The translations under genes were made by a program, and so were the position numbers. Of a DNA stretch of 64,000 bases, positions 48,545 to 59,032 are shown piece by piece (the stretch's first letter is position 1; the number at the start of each line of letters is the position of its first letter). Origin of the DNA: Chrysemys picta bellii. Taxonomy: Eukaryota. The notes beneath the pieces are model-generated. The model saw only the letters and a program-made list of their open reading frames with translations. It made no database searches and was not told the origin of the DNA. The stretch spans positions 22,568,001 to 22,632,000 of the forward strand of contig NC_088808.1 of NCBI RefSeq assembly GCF_011386835.1, given 5' to 3'.

Positions 48545-49864
48545 TTAATTAACACAGGTGCTATCACTCCTTAAATTGAGCACAGCCTGGGCCAATTTCC
48601 CTGCATCCAGTATCTGGCTTGCATCAGCTTGTTGACAGACCTTACTGTCTGTAGCAGTGCTACAGCTGAAAGAATCAAAGTCCACCGTTATATCTTGAAC
48701 ATTCCTTTCATTGGCATTGTCAAAACTATTTTTTCCATGTAACTGTTTAAGGTGTTTCCTCAGAACAGGTTTATGTGCAAAGACCATGTCACAATAGTTA
48801 CATTTATGAGGCTTGTCTCCACTGTGCAGATTGAGATGGTCCTGTAAAGAACATTTCTGAGAGAAGGTTTTCCCACAGATTTTACACTGAAAAGGTTTGA
48901 TCCCTGCATGCACTCTCATGTGTCGGTGGAGATTGCCTTTCTGAGTGAACGTCTTACCACACAGCAGACACATGAACAGTTTATGCATTTTTAAATGATT
49001 AGCATAGTTTTCCAGGTGCCGGAATACTCTGGTACACTTGGGACACTGGTGGTGCCATTGGAGACCCTTGTCTATACCTCTGTTGTTAGGACCAAACATG
49101 TCTTTAGAGGCCATGATGAAATTGTCACTGCCAGCATAAGAAAGGGCATAGTTGTGGAGATGATTTTGTTCTATTTCACTCGTTCTGTTTTCCACAGTGG
49201 AATTGATTAAAAAGTGCTGAGGCTCTGATGAATGTAAAGCAGTTTGTTCAGAAGAAATAAACTGGGTTTGATCTTTTTTATTTCTAACCTCAGACACCTC
49301 CCCAATAGACTCCACCTTGACAATCTGAATGTCACTATCTTCCATGTCCATACTGTCTTCTGAGGTTTGAATACATAGTGAATCCTGTTGCAGAGAGTCC
49401 TCATCTCCTTGGTGTTCTTTCAACTCGGAAGAATCGCTTTGCTGTTCACAATCCTCCTTGCTCTCCAATGGCTTCTTAGGTTTTATAAACTTCCAGAGAG
49501 CCTGTGTACATCGTTCCACAATGTGGCTCATCTGAAGAAAGCTTGCAGCAGTCAAGTAATTTACCAGCTCCATCTCAGGAAACTCCAGAATACCACTGTA
49601 GCAGGACAAAAGCAACTGTCTCCCCACTTCTGAACTCTGCAGAATGGAGATTTTAACCTCTCTGGAGTCATTCAACAAAAACTGATCTCTTAAAAAGGGG
49701 GAGCCTGCAGCAAACACAATTTTATGCCCATGAACCTCAACATTATCTATGTGAACTACGACATCACAAAACTTATTTTCTTCCCTCAGTTTGTTCATTT
49801 TTTGTAACATTGAATCTCCATAATTGTCAAACTTGAAGTGAAGGATATCTGATCTTTCGGACAT
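48545..49864 (-). CDS. ZBTB26: Zinc finger and BTB domain-containing protein 26 (439 aa; BTB + 4 C2H2)
   Basis: True start MSERSDILHFKFDNYGDSMLQKMNKL at 49864, after acceptor ctttag|ATCTGCCAAAATG (49874); four C2H2 fingers. Confidence 0.97.
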   Translation of the reverse strand: MSERSDILHFKFDNYGDSMLQKMNKLREENKFCDVVVHIDNVEVHGHKIVFAAGSPFLRDQFLLNDSREVKISILQSSEVGRQLLLSCYSGILEFPEMELVNYLTAASFLQMSHIVERCTQALWKFIKPKKPLESKEDCEQQSDSSELKEHQGDEDSLQQDSLCIQTSEDSMDMEDSDIQIVKVESIGEVSEVRNKKDQTQFISSEQTALHSSEPQHFLINSTVENRTSEIEQNHLHNYALSYAGSDNFIMASKDMFGPNNRGIDKGLQWHHQCPKCTRVFRHLENYANHLKMHKLFMCLLCGKTFTQKGNLHRHMRVHAGIKPFQCKICGKTFSQKCSLQDHLNLHSGDKPHKCNYCDMVFAHKPVLRKHLKQLHGKNSFDNANERNVQDITVDFDSFSCSTATDSKVCQQADASQILDAGKLAQAVLNLRSDSTCVN

Positions 49865-51345
49865 TTTGGCAGATCTAAAGAACAAAAGCAAAATAAAAAT
49901 AAAGAAACAGTATCTGAGGAAACTAATGGATGTAATCATGCAAGTTAAAAAGGGGCCAATGGTGCAGGTTAAACATACATATTTTACAAAACATTTTCTT
50001 ATATTAATAAAAACACGCAAGACTATTAAAAATGAAATAATTTTAAAAGTTAAGTTTACTTTGAATATCTTAATGATGTTTACCTTTCCACATTTCACAC
50101 AACTTGGACAGTGAAAGTAACCTAATCAATTTCTAGACTATTTCATATTCTAATCCACATGCAGTAGTATAACGTTGCAATGTCCCCAACACTACAGAAG
50201 AACGTTTATTTAAAATATTTAGTTATATAGATACACTATTTCTTTGGAATTTAAAATAAAACCATATAAATATTTCTACTGGTTTAAACTTCTGTAAAAG
50301 CTTGCTTTCGTATTAACAAAAACTAAGTTTTTGGCTCAATTTGAGCCTTCAATGTCCCTTTAGTTTTTATCAATAGTTTTGCTTTAAAGCATGAACAATT
50401 TCCATAGGCAATTGATCTCTCAATGTTACACTTAAGCACCTCTCAGAGAGGACAGTGTAATATTAAACCAAGCTTTTTAACATTCATGTACTGAGCAGTA
50501 GAAATATGGTCTATGAATCAAACTAAGAAAAATAGTTAAAATTCTTCCACCCTCAACACCTCCTGCTTGCCTGGTGGTATTTCTAAATAAAATACAGCCT
50601 GTTACACATCTAAAATGTGCAGAATTCTAGTACTGAACTTAATTTTTTAGACCAGATATAGTCACAATGGAAGTGATTGGGATCTCATTCATCTTTATGC
50701 ATTTGTCCAATGTCCATTATCAAGCACTGAAGCAAGCATTTTTATTTTGAGAGTTTTTAAGGGTGAGAAATAAAGTCAAACTGCTAGATAGCCCTGTTCT
50801 CTCACATTCACCACCTAATAAGCAGTCGCACCAGAAAACACTTTCTCACAGGAAACACACTGCTTCCTAAACTGTAATTACTTTTAGATGGCTATTAATG
50901 CTTGAATGGAAAATTACTCATTGTTAGAAAAATGATATTCCAGAAACAATACCCCACAAAGGTGCGTGAAGATTTCCATCATACCCCTCAAGTAATCTGA
51001 CCTATACAAGAAGTAGATCATACTGTTAATGCAAATTCCAGATCTGGCTATCCTCCAGTTTTGTATTCTTGGCTAGCCTGAGGAGGGAGGGAGAAAGCTC
51101 TCTGCATCTTTCTGAGTTCTACATGCTATTTCCACTCAATATCACAAGTCACAGACATCATCCTTCCAGCTGACAGGCAGACGTGACTCCTATTCAAAAC
51201 AGGTTAGGTCTAACAGAGGAATCTTACTTCTTCAGTTTAGTTCAACAGAGACATTTCAAAATTAACTAGATATGGTACCTTAGTTTTCTTGTTCAAGCAT
51301 CACAGAGAAGGTTTCTGCAAATTGCTCAATGTGTTACCAGTTTAA

Positions 51346-51439
51346 GGCAACAGAGGGTCCTGTGGCACCTTTGAGACTAACAGAAGTACTGGGAGCATAA
51401 GCTTTCGTGGGTCAGAACCTCACTTCTTCAGATGCAAGA
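51346..51439 (-). mobile_element. Penelope-like-element-derived 94-bp insertion with minimal hammerhead motif
   Basis: 11-bp direct repeat TACCAGTTTAA (51335-51345, 51440-51450); same family as 31511-31602. Confidence 0.87.
51395..51435 (-). ncRNA. Minimal type I hammerhead ribozyme motif, sense to ZBTB26 pre-mRNA
   Basis: GCAU-CUGAAGA-A-GUG(A)GGU(ucug)ACCCAC-GAAA-GCUU-AUGC. Confidence 0.75.
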
Positions 51440-52161
51440 TACCAGTTTAAAGGATTCTGGATGAATTACCTAAGGAAAGAGAAGAAAAGCCACGGTTAGC
51501 CAAAGGCTTATTTGCCTTACAACTTTAAAATGTCTTTAAAGAAAGAAGAATGATTTGAAAGTAATTAACTGTTTACATGTCCACACTACTATACGTGTGT
51601 TTTGAAAAACATTTTTCCAATACTGAAGAAGAACAGTATTGGAAAACTACTGGGGGTTAGTCAGAATTCCTCTCCAATTTATAAAATACTAGGCCTGCAA
51701 AGGGCCAAAAGCACCTGCCTACCTGCATTTGGCTCCATCTTTCTTTGTGGCTTTGCAACCAATAACAAGGGTAACATCCTTTTATTCCCCTTCTCATCCT
51801 CTCTTGGGTGGCTGCACCTTGTTCTTACAAGGAATTTCAGCTAATGAGCTATTAGAGCTTTCCTAGTTTTTACTTTATGTAATTCCACAATATAAAAGGA
51901 AGAAACCTGAGCAGCCCAGAGGCCATCTAGACCAGTGTCCTGGGTCTGGCACTCACACTATCAGCTGCTAGAGGGGAAAGCGAAAAGCCCCATAGGGGAC
52001 AGTTATGGGATTATTCGCCCACAGAGAAAGTCACTTCCTCGCCCTCCTTGGCTTAGTGGTTGGTTCATGACCCTGAGGAAAAACGGTCTAAAAATCCACC
52101 CTTAACAAGTGGGGCTGAGTGCTACACCGCCCAGGCTCCCCCCCTTCCCCACTCCACTCAC

Positions 52162-52300
52162 CTCCTTACTCCTCACACTCCCCCCTCCTCCTTCTCTCCC
52201 TAGCCGCCCCCACCGTGTCCCCTCCCCGCAAGGTTGGGAAGGGGCCACTCTCCGGATCCGGCCCCGGGCGGAGGCGTTGGCCGGAGGACACCGGAACCGG
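52162..52300 (-). other. ZBTB26: ZBTB26 non-coding exon 1 (5' end approximate)
   Basis: Strong donor GAG|gtgagt at 52162/52161. Confidence 0.65.
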
Positions 52301-52484
52301 AAGTACCCCTCCACAAATCTTCTTCCGGGGCTCCTGCCCCTGCCCGGTTTCTTCACGAACCCACCGGGAGCCGCCGCGGCCGCTGCCGGAGCAGCCGCCG
52401 CCGGGGCCCCGGAAGTGCATCTTCCTCTGACCCGGAAGACTCTCCCTGTCCCGTCCCCCTCCCCTCCGGCCTGGGTCACGTGGT

Positions 52485-52536
52485 GGGGGCGGCGGCGGCC
52501 GAGGCCCGGCCGGAGGAGGCAGCGGCGGTGGCTCGG
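52485..52536 (+). other. RABGAP1: RABGAP1 non-coding exon 1 (5' end approximate)
   Basis: GGC-rich leader ending in donor CGG|gtaggt at 52536/52537. Confidence 0.65.
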
Positions 52537-54146
52537 GTAGGTCCGGTTCGTGCCGCCCCCGGGGTTGTGCGGCGGGAGGGGCCAGGTCAGACTCCGCGCG
52601 TCTCTTCCGCATCTGGGGGGGGGTCTCCGGTCCCCGAGTCCTCCAGAGCCGGGGGCCGCGCCGCCCCCCCCCCCCCCGTGCCGAACGCCCCCCCCCCCCG
52701 GGGCCCGAGCCTTCCTGTCCCGTCCCCCCCCCCCCCCGGCCCTGGGCCTGGGCCTGGGCCTCGCCTCGCGGGCAGCCGCTGCCCAGGCCTGGTTCTGCCG
52801 GGGCTGGGCCCAGGCCGCTCCTCACGCAGCCCGGCGGTGCCAGGCCGCGTAGCCCCGGTACACTGCTCCCCTCACCTGCACGGTGCCCGGCCCCGGTGTG
52901 CGGCCCGGGGCCCTCAGGCTGTCAGGATCCGCAGAACGTGGGACTAGCGCCTGCGGGGTGGTTTTGTTGTTGGAAGTTTCAAAAGGAAGGGAGGAAGGAA
53001 ACTCCAGAACCGGGAAGTATTGGGCTAGGCACCCGGGCATATGCCATCCCGCGCAAGGTGCCTGTCCTGTGAAGCCCCTTAATGAGGTCCCCTGTGCATT
53101 CTGCAGCTTTCCCCCGTCTCTCTCTCTGCAGAGTTCAACCTTATGCTGCTCTCTTGCAAAGTTTTTTTAGCACCTGAGATATCTGAGCACCTTTCTGTGT
53201 CGTGCATGAGACTAGATTTCTGTGGGGCCCTGTCTTGATCTCTGCCCCCCTAACTCATCCACAGGCACGTGCACAATATTGGTAAAAGTGCCTTACCATC
53301 ATACTGAGTGTACTGCATGTGTAGAAAGTGTGTTATCAGTCTCTAATCACATGGCGAAATGCCAGACGGTTTTCACGGGAGTGTGTGCATACAGTTCTCA
53401 GTCACATCTATTTTCTGGCCAGATGTCCCCGTCCATCCTCCCTTTGGCTGCTTTTGTGCTGGGTCTGTTTTGTTCTTAGTCACAGGATTGGTTTGATTGA
53501 TAGGACAGTGTATTTTTCTCACTGTTTGTCACATTCAAGCCTCTGGACTACTTTTGCTTGAACTTTACAAAAACTCTTGTGTGGATATACAGCCTGCAAA
53601 ATATCTGGAAGGGCTGAAAGTTGGTGTTTGTAATAGAAACACATGTGCAATGTTCATTATAGCTGTCACTAGCTTTCGAGCTATTGATGATAACCTTATT
53701 GCATGTTCTGCATAGGGACAGTGGTGCATGCAAAGAGGTGGGAGAACAGCAGTGGGGCAATATGAGCTAGAAGTGGGCAGAGACCCACCTGTCCCTTCAG
53801 ATATGAGGTGGCTGCACCTGGGATGCTTCACACATGGCTTGTGTGCTGGACATTGTGATGGGTGACATGGACATATGAATAGATACTGTCACTAGGCCGA
53901 GGAATCCAGTATGCATCGGACAGTTGCCCACACATGTTAACTGGTGTGGGGATTGGAGGCATAAGATGACACTTGCTAAAAAATGTAGTTTCTAATAATA
54001 GTATTCTGTCCTCCTCTGCATATTTCAGGCAGCATTTTAAAAGTTTCTGATAGTAACTATTTGTGCCTAGTTAGATACTAAGATAATGGTGCTTAGAAAC
54101 CAAAGTGATAGTCTTTCACTCTTTCCCATTTAGTTGGTTATGCTCC

Positions 54147-54250
54147 AACCATCCAAACAGGTATGCATGTAACTTTCTGCACATGAATAATGCTATTGAG
54201 TTCAGTGGCACTACTCACATGTGTAAAGTTACTCACATGCTATATATTGT
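54147..54250. repeat. Old imperfect palindromic repeat, similar to ~38210-38310
   Basis: gtaactttctgcacatg..catgtgtaaagttac. Confidence 0.5.
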
Positions 54251-54952
54251 AGGGACTTTTGTTAATTTTCCCTTGTGTAATAGACTCACCCAAACAATAA
54301 GGGAAGGAAATATATTTTTAAAGTGAATGCATTTGTAAAATTACCAAAATTGCCAGGAAACTCAGATGCAATTGAAGTTCAGTTGAAAGTGACTAGATTT
54401 CAAATTGATATTGTTCCCTTAATCATAAGTCCATTATTTCTAAATCTGTGTTGCCAGACAGCGCCGAGTTTATTTTTTATGGGTACTGAGTTATGTCAAC
54501 AAAATAACCAAATTCCATTTTCAAATCTTCATGTTTTGGGACTATATCCGGTCATTGCTTGTCAGATATCACATTGATGCTAGAATCTGGCACTTTATTG
54601 CTTCCCCTTCATTTGATTTACATTCCAGTCTCAATCTTCCCCTTTTCTTTATCCCATTTGTTATCCTGTTTGTAAGTGCACATACTGTTTTAGACTTTTA
54701 TGGTTTGGAATAGGTAAATTCCAAGCACTGATAATCCTAGTTCAGAGATTGAAAACAAGTAGCAATAAACAAGCACTATACTACCTTTATATGTTTGAAA
54801 AATCTGGTAAAGTTTCAAATGAAATTGGACTTTGGTAGCTGTAGATTTTACAGTATTCACCTTTGCACTTTTGCATGTTGTAAATTAAGGTAGTATAAAA
54901 AAAGCGAAAAATTAAAATGCAGGTGGTGCGAGGGGCAACAATTATGACTTTC

Positions 54953-55155
54953 TCATAGACTTTAAGGCCAGAAGGGACCATCATGATCATCTAGTCTGAC
55001 CTCCTGCACATTGCAGGCCACAAACCTCACCCACTGATTCCTGTAATATGCCAGTAGCCACTGGCTGAGTTACCTGAAGTCCTCAAATCATGATTTAAAG
55101 ACTTCAAGTTACAGAGAATCCACCATTTACACTAGTGTAAACCAGCAAGTGACCT
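54953..55155 (-). mobile_element. CR1 3'-end fragment
   Basis: tcatagactttaaggccagaagggaccatcatgatcatctagtctgacctcc is the reverse complement of a CR1 3' terminus. Confidence 0.8.
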
Positions 55156-56420
55156 TGCCTCGTGGTGCAGAAATACAAAGCTGGAGGTGAGATTCTGTCT
55201 AGGTATCTCATGCTGCAAAAATACATAGGCTGGTCTGTATTCCCAAATTTGTTTGATCTGTCGGGATTTTATAGACAAAATAATACACTTGTTTGGACTC
55301 AGGAAATCGGTAAGACTTCTGGGCTACACTGTTGCAGAATGCCTCATTCCATGGAGTTCTGCGGAACTGTTTAAATTTTGTGGATGTTATCATGTTTTCC
55401 ATAATGATCCTTATGTCCCTGCTTAACATTAGAAGGTCAAGGCCCTGACCAGACTTGGCTATAGATACACAGTGAACAGATTAGCTAACAGTTAGGCATG
55501 AGAATTTCCTTCTGCTTTCCAAGTCCAGCTACAGACAGTTTTTAGTACCATGTATCATATGAGACTCTTAAGGTCATTGCTGCTGCTTGAAGGTTTCAGA
55601 TTATATTTTCAAAGAGCCATGCCGGTCCAATAAATGTAACTATACATTTCTGTTTGAATCCCCAGTGAATGATGTAAGCTGTATAAATACACACTGCACC
55701 CTTATAAGGGTCACTCTAACCTCAGGCTGGAGAACCTTATCTTCCATGCTAACTGCTTCTCTGTACTTACGGATCTATGTCCGCCTGAAAAGGGAGACCT
55801 GTAGATGTGCACAATGCTATTGGAATGTCATTTGGGTTCGTGAGAATAGACTCTTTGCAGTGAACTCATTTCAGTGACATTCTTTTGCTGCTCTGGATAG
55901 GGCAGTGTCAGCGTTTCTTTTATAAACCACTGTTTCCCTGGGCCTACAGTCTGTCTCCGCAGTTGGAGCAATTGCTTTGTGCTGGAGCCTGACATAAGCG
56001 TTTTGTCCCGAGCACATTTTCTAGATTAAAAATAAATCCTTATGGAATCAGCTATATTGATAATCCTTAACAGGTTTAAGGTTGTGTTAGCTTGAACCCT
56101 TTTATGTTTTTTCTGATACCTGGCTCTTTGGGTGATTCAACCACCTTCCTGAGATCTCTGCTTGTCATGCTTTCTCTTTCATGAGAATCACAGGGGTAGG
56201 GGAACTTGAGGAAGTTTAATCTTAAAATGAATCTCCTGTTTTCATTTGGCCCTTGAAGTCAGATTGACATAGAGGAGGGGTCCAATGGGAAAACTACACC
56301 ATTTTATGGCCATGATACTCCTTTGAGAACAATCCTTTACAAGGAGCTAAAAAATTAGGAGTACAATTATTCTTTGTTCCCTTGGAGCAAGAGGAATTTA
56401 GATGCTTCATTTCCATATAT

Positions 56421-56962
56421 AATCATAGGACTGGAAGGGACCTTGAGAGATCGTCTAGTCCAGTCCCCTGCATTCATGACAGGACTAAGTATTATCTAGA
56501 CCATTTTTGACAGGTGTTTGTCTTAACCCACTCTTAAAAATCTCCAATGATGGAGATTCCACAACCTCCCTAGGCAATTTATTCCAGTGCTTAACCACCT
56601 TGACAGTTAGGAAGGTTTTCCTAATGTCCGACCTAAACTTCCCTTGCTGCAATTTAATCCCATTGCTGCTTGTCCTATCTTCAGAGGTTAAGAAGAACAA
56701 TTCTTCTCCCTCTTCCTTGTAACGACCTTTTATGTACTTGGAAACGGTTATCATGTCACCTCTCAGTCTTCTCTTTTCCAGACTAAACTAACCCAATTTT
56801 TTCAATCTTCCCTCATAGGTCATGTTTTCTAGACCTTTAATCATTTCTGTTGCTCTTCTCTGGGCTTTCTCCAATTTGTTCACGACTTTCCTGAAATGTG
56901 GTGCGCAGAATTGGACACAGTATTCCAGCTGAGGCCTAACCAGCGCAGAGTAGAGCGGAATG
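56421..56962 (-). mobile_element. CR1 3' fragment
   Basis: [32 protein letters not shown] and KFRSDIRKTFLTVKVVKHWNKLP; CR1 3' terminus at 56421. Confidence 0.92.
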
Positions 56963-57311
56963 AAAAGCAAAAAGCAAAAGCAAACAGAAAAGGACCCACC
57001 AGTTATAAAGCAGCCTTGTGGGATGTGATTCTCTTAGATGTTCTCCCTCCCTTACTGGAGAACCTGTGACCTGAAGATCCAGATTCTGTGGGGCAGTTTC
57101 TGGTGTCTTAGGAGTTACCCATTCTGTTTTTGAAAATTTACTTTTTATTTGTGTTGAAATTAACCCCATAATAACAAGCTTAGGGACACTGTCAGTGTTT
57201 AGAGTTGTCACTGGGAGGGCTCTGAGCTGTGATGTGGCACATAATCTGAGATATGTGCTTGGTGGGGACCTTCTCTCCTAAACCTCTCAACAGTGAGACT
57301 GGAAACCATAA

Positions 57312-57591
57312 GGGCTACACTGCATCTGAGAGTGAGCGTCCAGCCTGGGTCTTCAGACTCATGCTAGCAGGTTTTACGTTAGTGCTCTAAAAATAGATAT
57401 GTAGGTGTTGTGGCTTGGGCTCTGAAGCCAGGTGTGTGATGTGGGTTTGAGAGCTTGAGCTCCAGCCCAAGCCATGACATCAAAGCAATGTCTGCACAGC
57501 TTCTTTTAGAGCATTAGTGTGAGCTCTGCTACCACCAGTCTGGGGACCTGGGCTTGAGAGGCTCACTCCCAGATGCAGGGTATACATGTCC
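57312..57591. mobile_element. Harbinger-like palindromic MITE
   Basis: TAA|GGGCTACACTGCATCT ... AGATGCAGGGTATACATGTCC with long internal inverted arms. Confidence 0.6.
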
Positions 57592-58654
57592 TGAGTTTCT
57601 TAGACAATCTGCAAGCACCATAGCTAGAGTGTTGTCCCTACTGCTGTGTTTTCTTGCTCTCTGATTCTGTGAGATTAATGGTGCTGCCTGCCACCTCTAA
57701 TTGTATTGCAAATTTTTGACGTGAGTTCTTTTAGACTGACACCTATTTTATTTAGCTCATAGACTTCCTATTCCACAGCCATCCCAAGTCCTCTGGTTCA
57801 GGTAAAGTGCCCAGTGGGTGCTCTACAGGGAGCCTTCTGATCTAAAGTAACTCTTGATCTAGAAGGTGCTGAAAGATGCAAGGCAAAGTAAGGGAATGTG
57901 GAAATTCAGGTTGTCGGAGAAAAACAGAGTTCTCACTATTTGTTTAGGTATAGCAAGTCAGATGCTTTATTAACTCTCACAATTGCGCAGAGGGAGAGAG
58001 CTAAGCAGGTCTCTCAACAGGTAAACAATTACAGCAAGCATTTATACCTTTTGTTACAGACAATAATGAGCAACAGTTGCATTTTGTTTATACATAGGTC
58101 ATTCTGATATCTTGTTTTGCTCACTAATGTAGACTTAGTCTACATTCCATATTATCTACACAAGGTCGCAACAACTTCTCACACAGTTCTTTCCCACTCG
58201 CCTCACACAATCCTCGCTTCTACAAATCTCGCGTTATTAGGGTTACAGTTAGCCTAACTCTTGCTAATGAACTGTCATGCATTGCATCCCCTTCCTGTCA
58301 GTTCTTTCTCTGCTTCCACGAGGTGAATTAAACCATGGCAATATTCCAACAAAAAAACCCAGGGAATTCATTATTGCTCTTTCTCGTTCAATTACGGCAG
58401 CTACGCTCCTTTCTTTTCTCAGCATCAGTGGTCAGATAAAAATTCTAACGCTTTTTAACAATCGATAAAATTCCTTCAAGGAATTTCTTTGAATTGAAAA
58501 TCTGATATTTTCTATATGCAGAACACAGATTTTTGCTTGTCGAGTTATTTGTGAGAGGCCAATAATTTACATTAATATTGCACATTAAAGCGTCTTGCTT
58601 TGGGCCAGATCCTGCTACCCTTTCTTGTGCAGAGTAGTAACGTTCTCATACTTG

Positions 58655-58721
58655 ACAGGTTTCAGAGTAGCAGCCGTGTTAGTCTGTATCCGCAAAAAAT
58701 GCCACAAGTACTCCTGTTCTT
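58655..58721. mobile_element. Penelope-like terminal fragment with internal inversion
   Basis: gtttcagagtagcagccgtgttagtctgtatccgcaaaaaa + tgccacaagtactcctgttctt; 12-bp flanking repeat TTCTCATACTTG (58643-58654, 58722-58733). Confidence 0.8.
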
Positions 58722-58946
58722 TTCTCATACTTGGTCCCCTTGATTTCAGAGAGACTGCTTGGAGAGCAAGGGATCACGCAGTGTGTGGGTGGGAAAATCA
58801 GGCTCATTTGGATCTCTTATTGTTGCACTGTAAGTGTGGTATTGATACATTCTTGTAGCGGATAAATTTAGCCAATCACACAAATTCCCTGATTATTGTG
58901 TGTGCTGCCTGTTTGAAGAGTAGAGAGTATGTGAAATCACAGCATA

Positions 58947-58948
<2 letters not shown>

Positions 58949-58997
<49 letters not shown>
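58949..58997 (+). repeat. T49 homopolymer
   Basis: Read directly. Confidence 0.97.

Positions 58998-59032
<35 letters not shown>

Larger units (their letters stand above)
52080..53060. promoter_or_regulatory. Bidirectional CpG-island promoter of ZBTB26 (-) and RABGAP1 (+)
   Basis: CpG-rich; CCGGAAGT at 52297 and 52409, CCGGAAGA at 52432, reverse CTTCCGG at 52322, GTCACGTG at 52475; divergent donors at 52161 (-) and 52537 (+). Confidence 0.88.

Noticed and set aside
49865-50098. 78-aa N-terminal extension of ZBTB26 in the ORF track
   Set aside because: Lies upstream of a clear pyrimidine tract and AG acceptor at 49875; intronic, and the recognised protein starts MSERS.
52102-52947. 219- and 237-aa ORFs and others at the bidirectional promoter
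   Set aside because: CpG-island artefacts with homopolymer runs; no domain recognisable.
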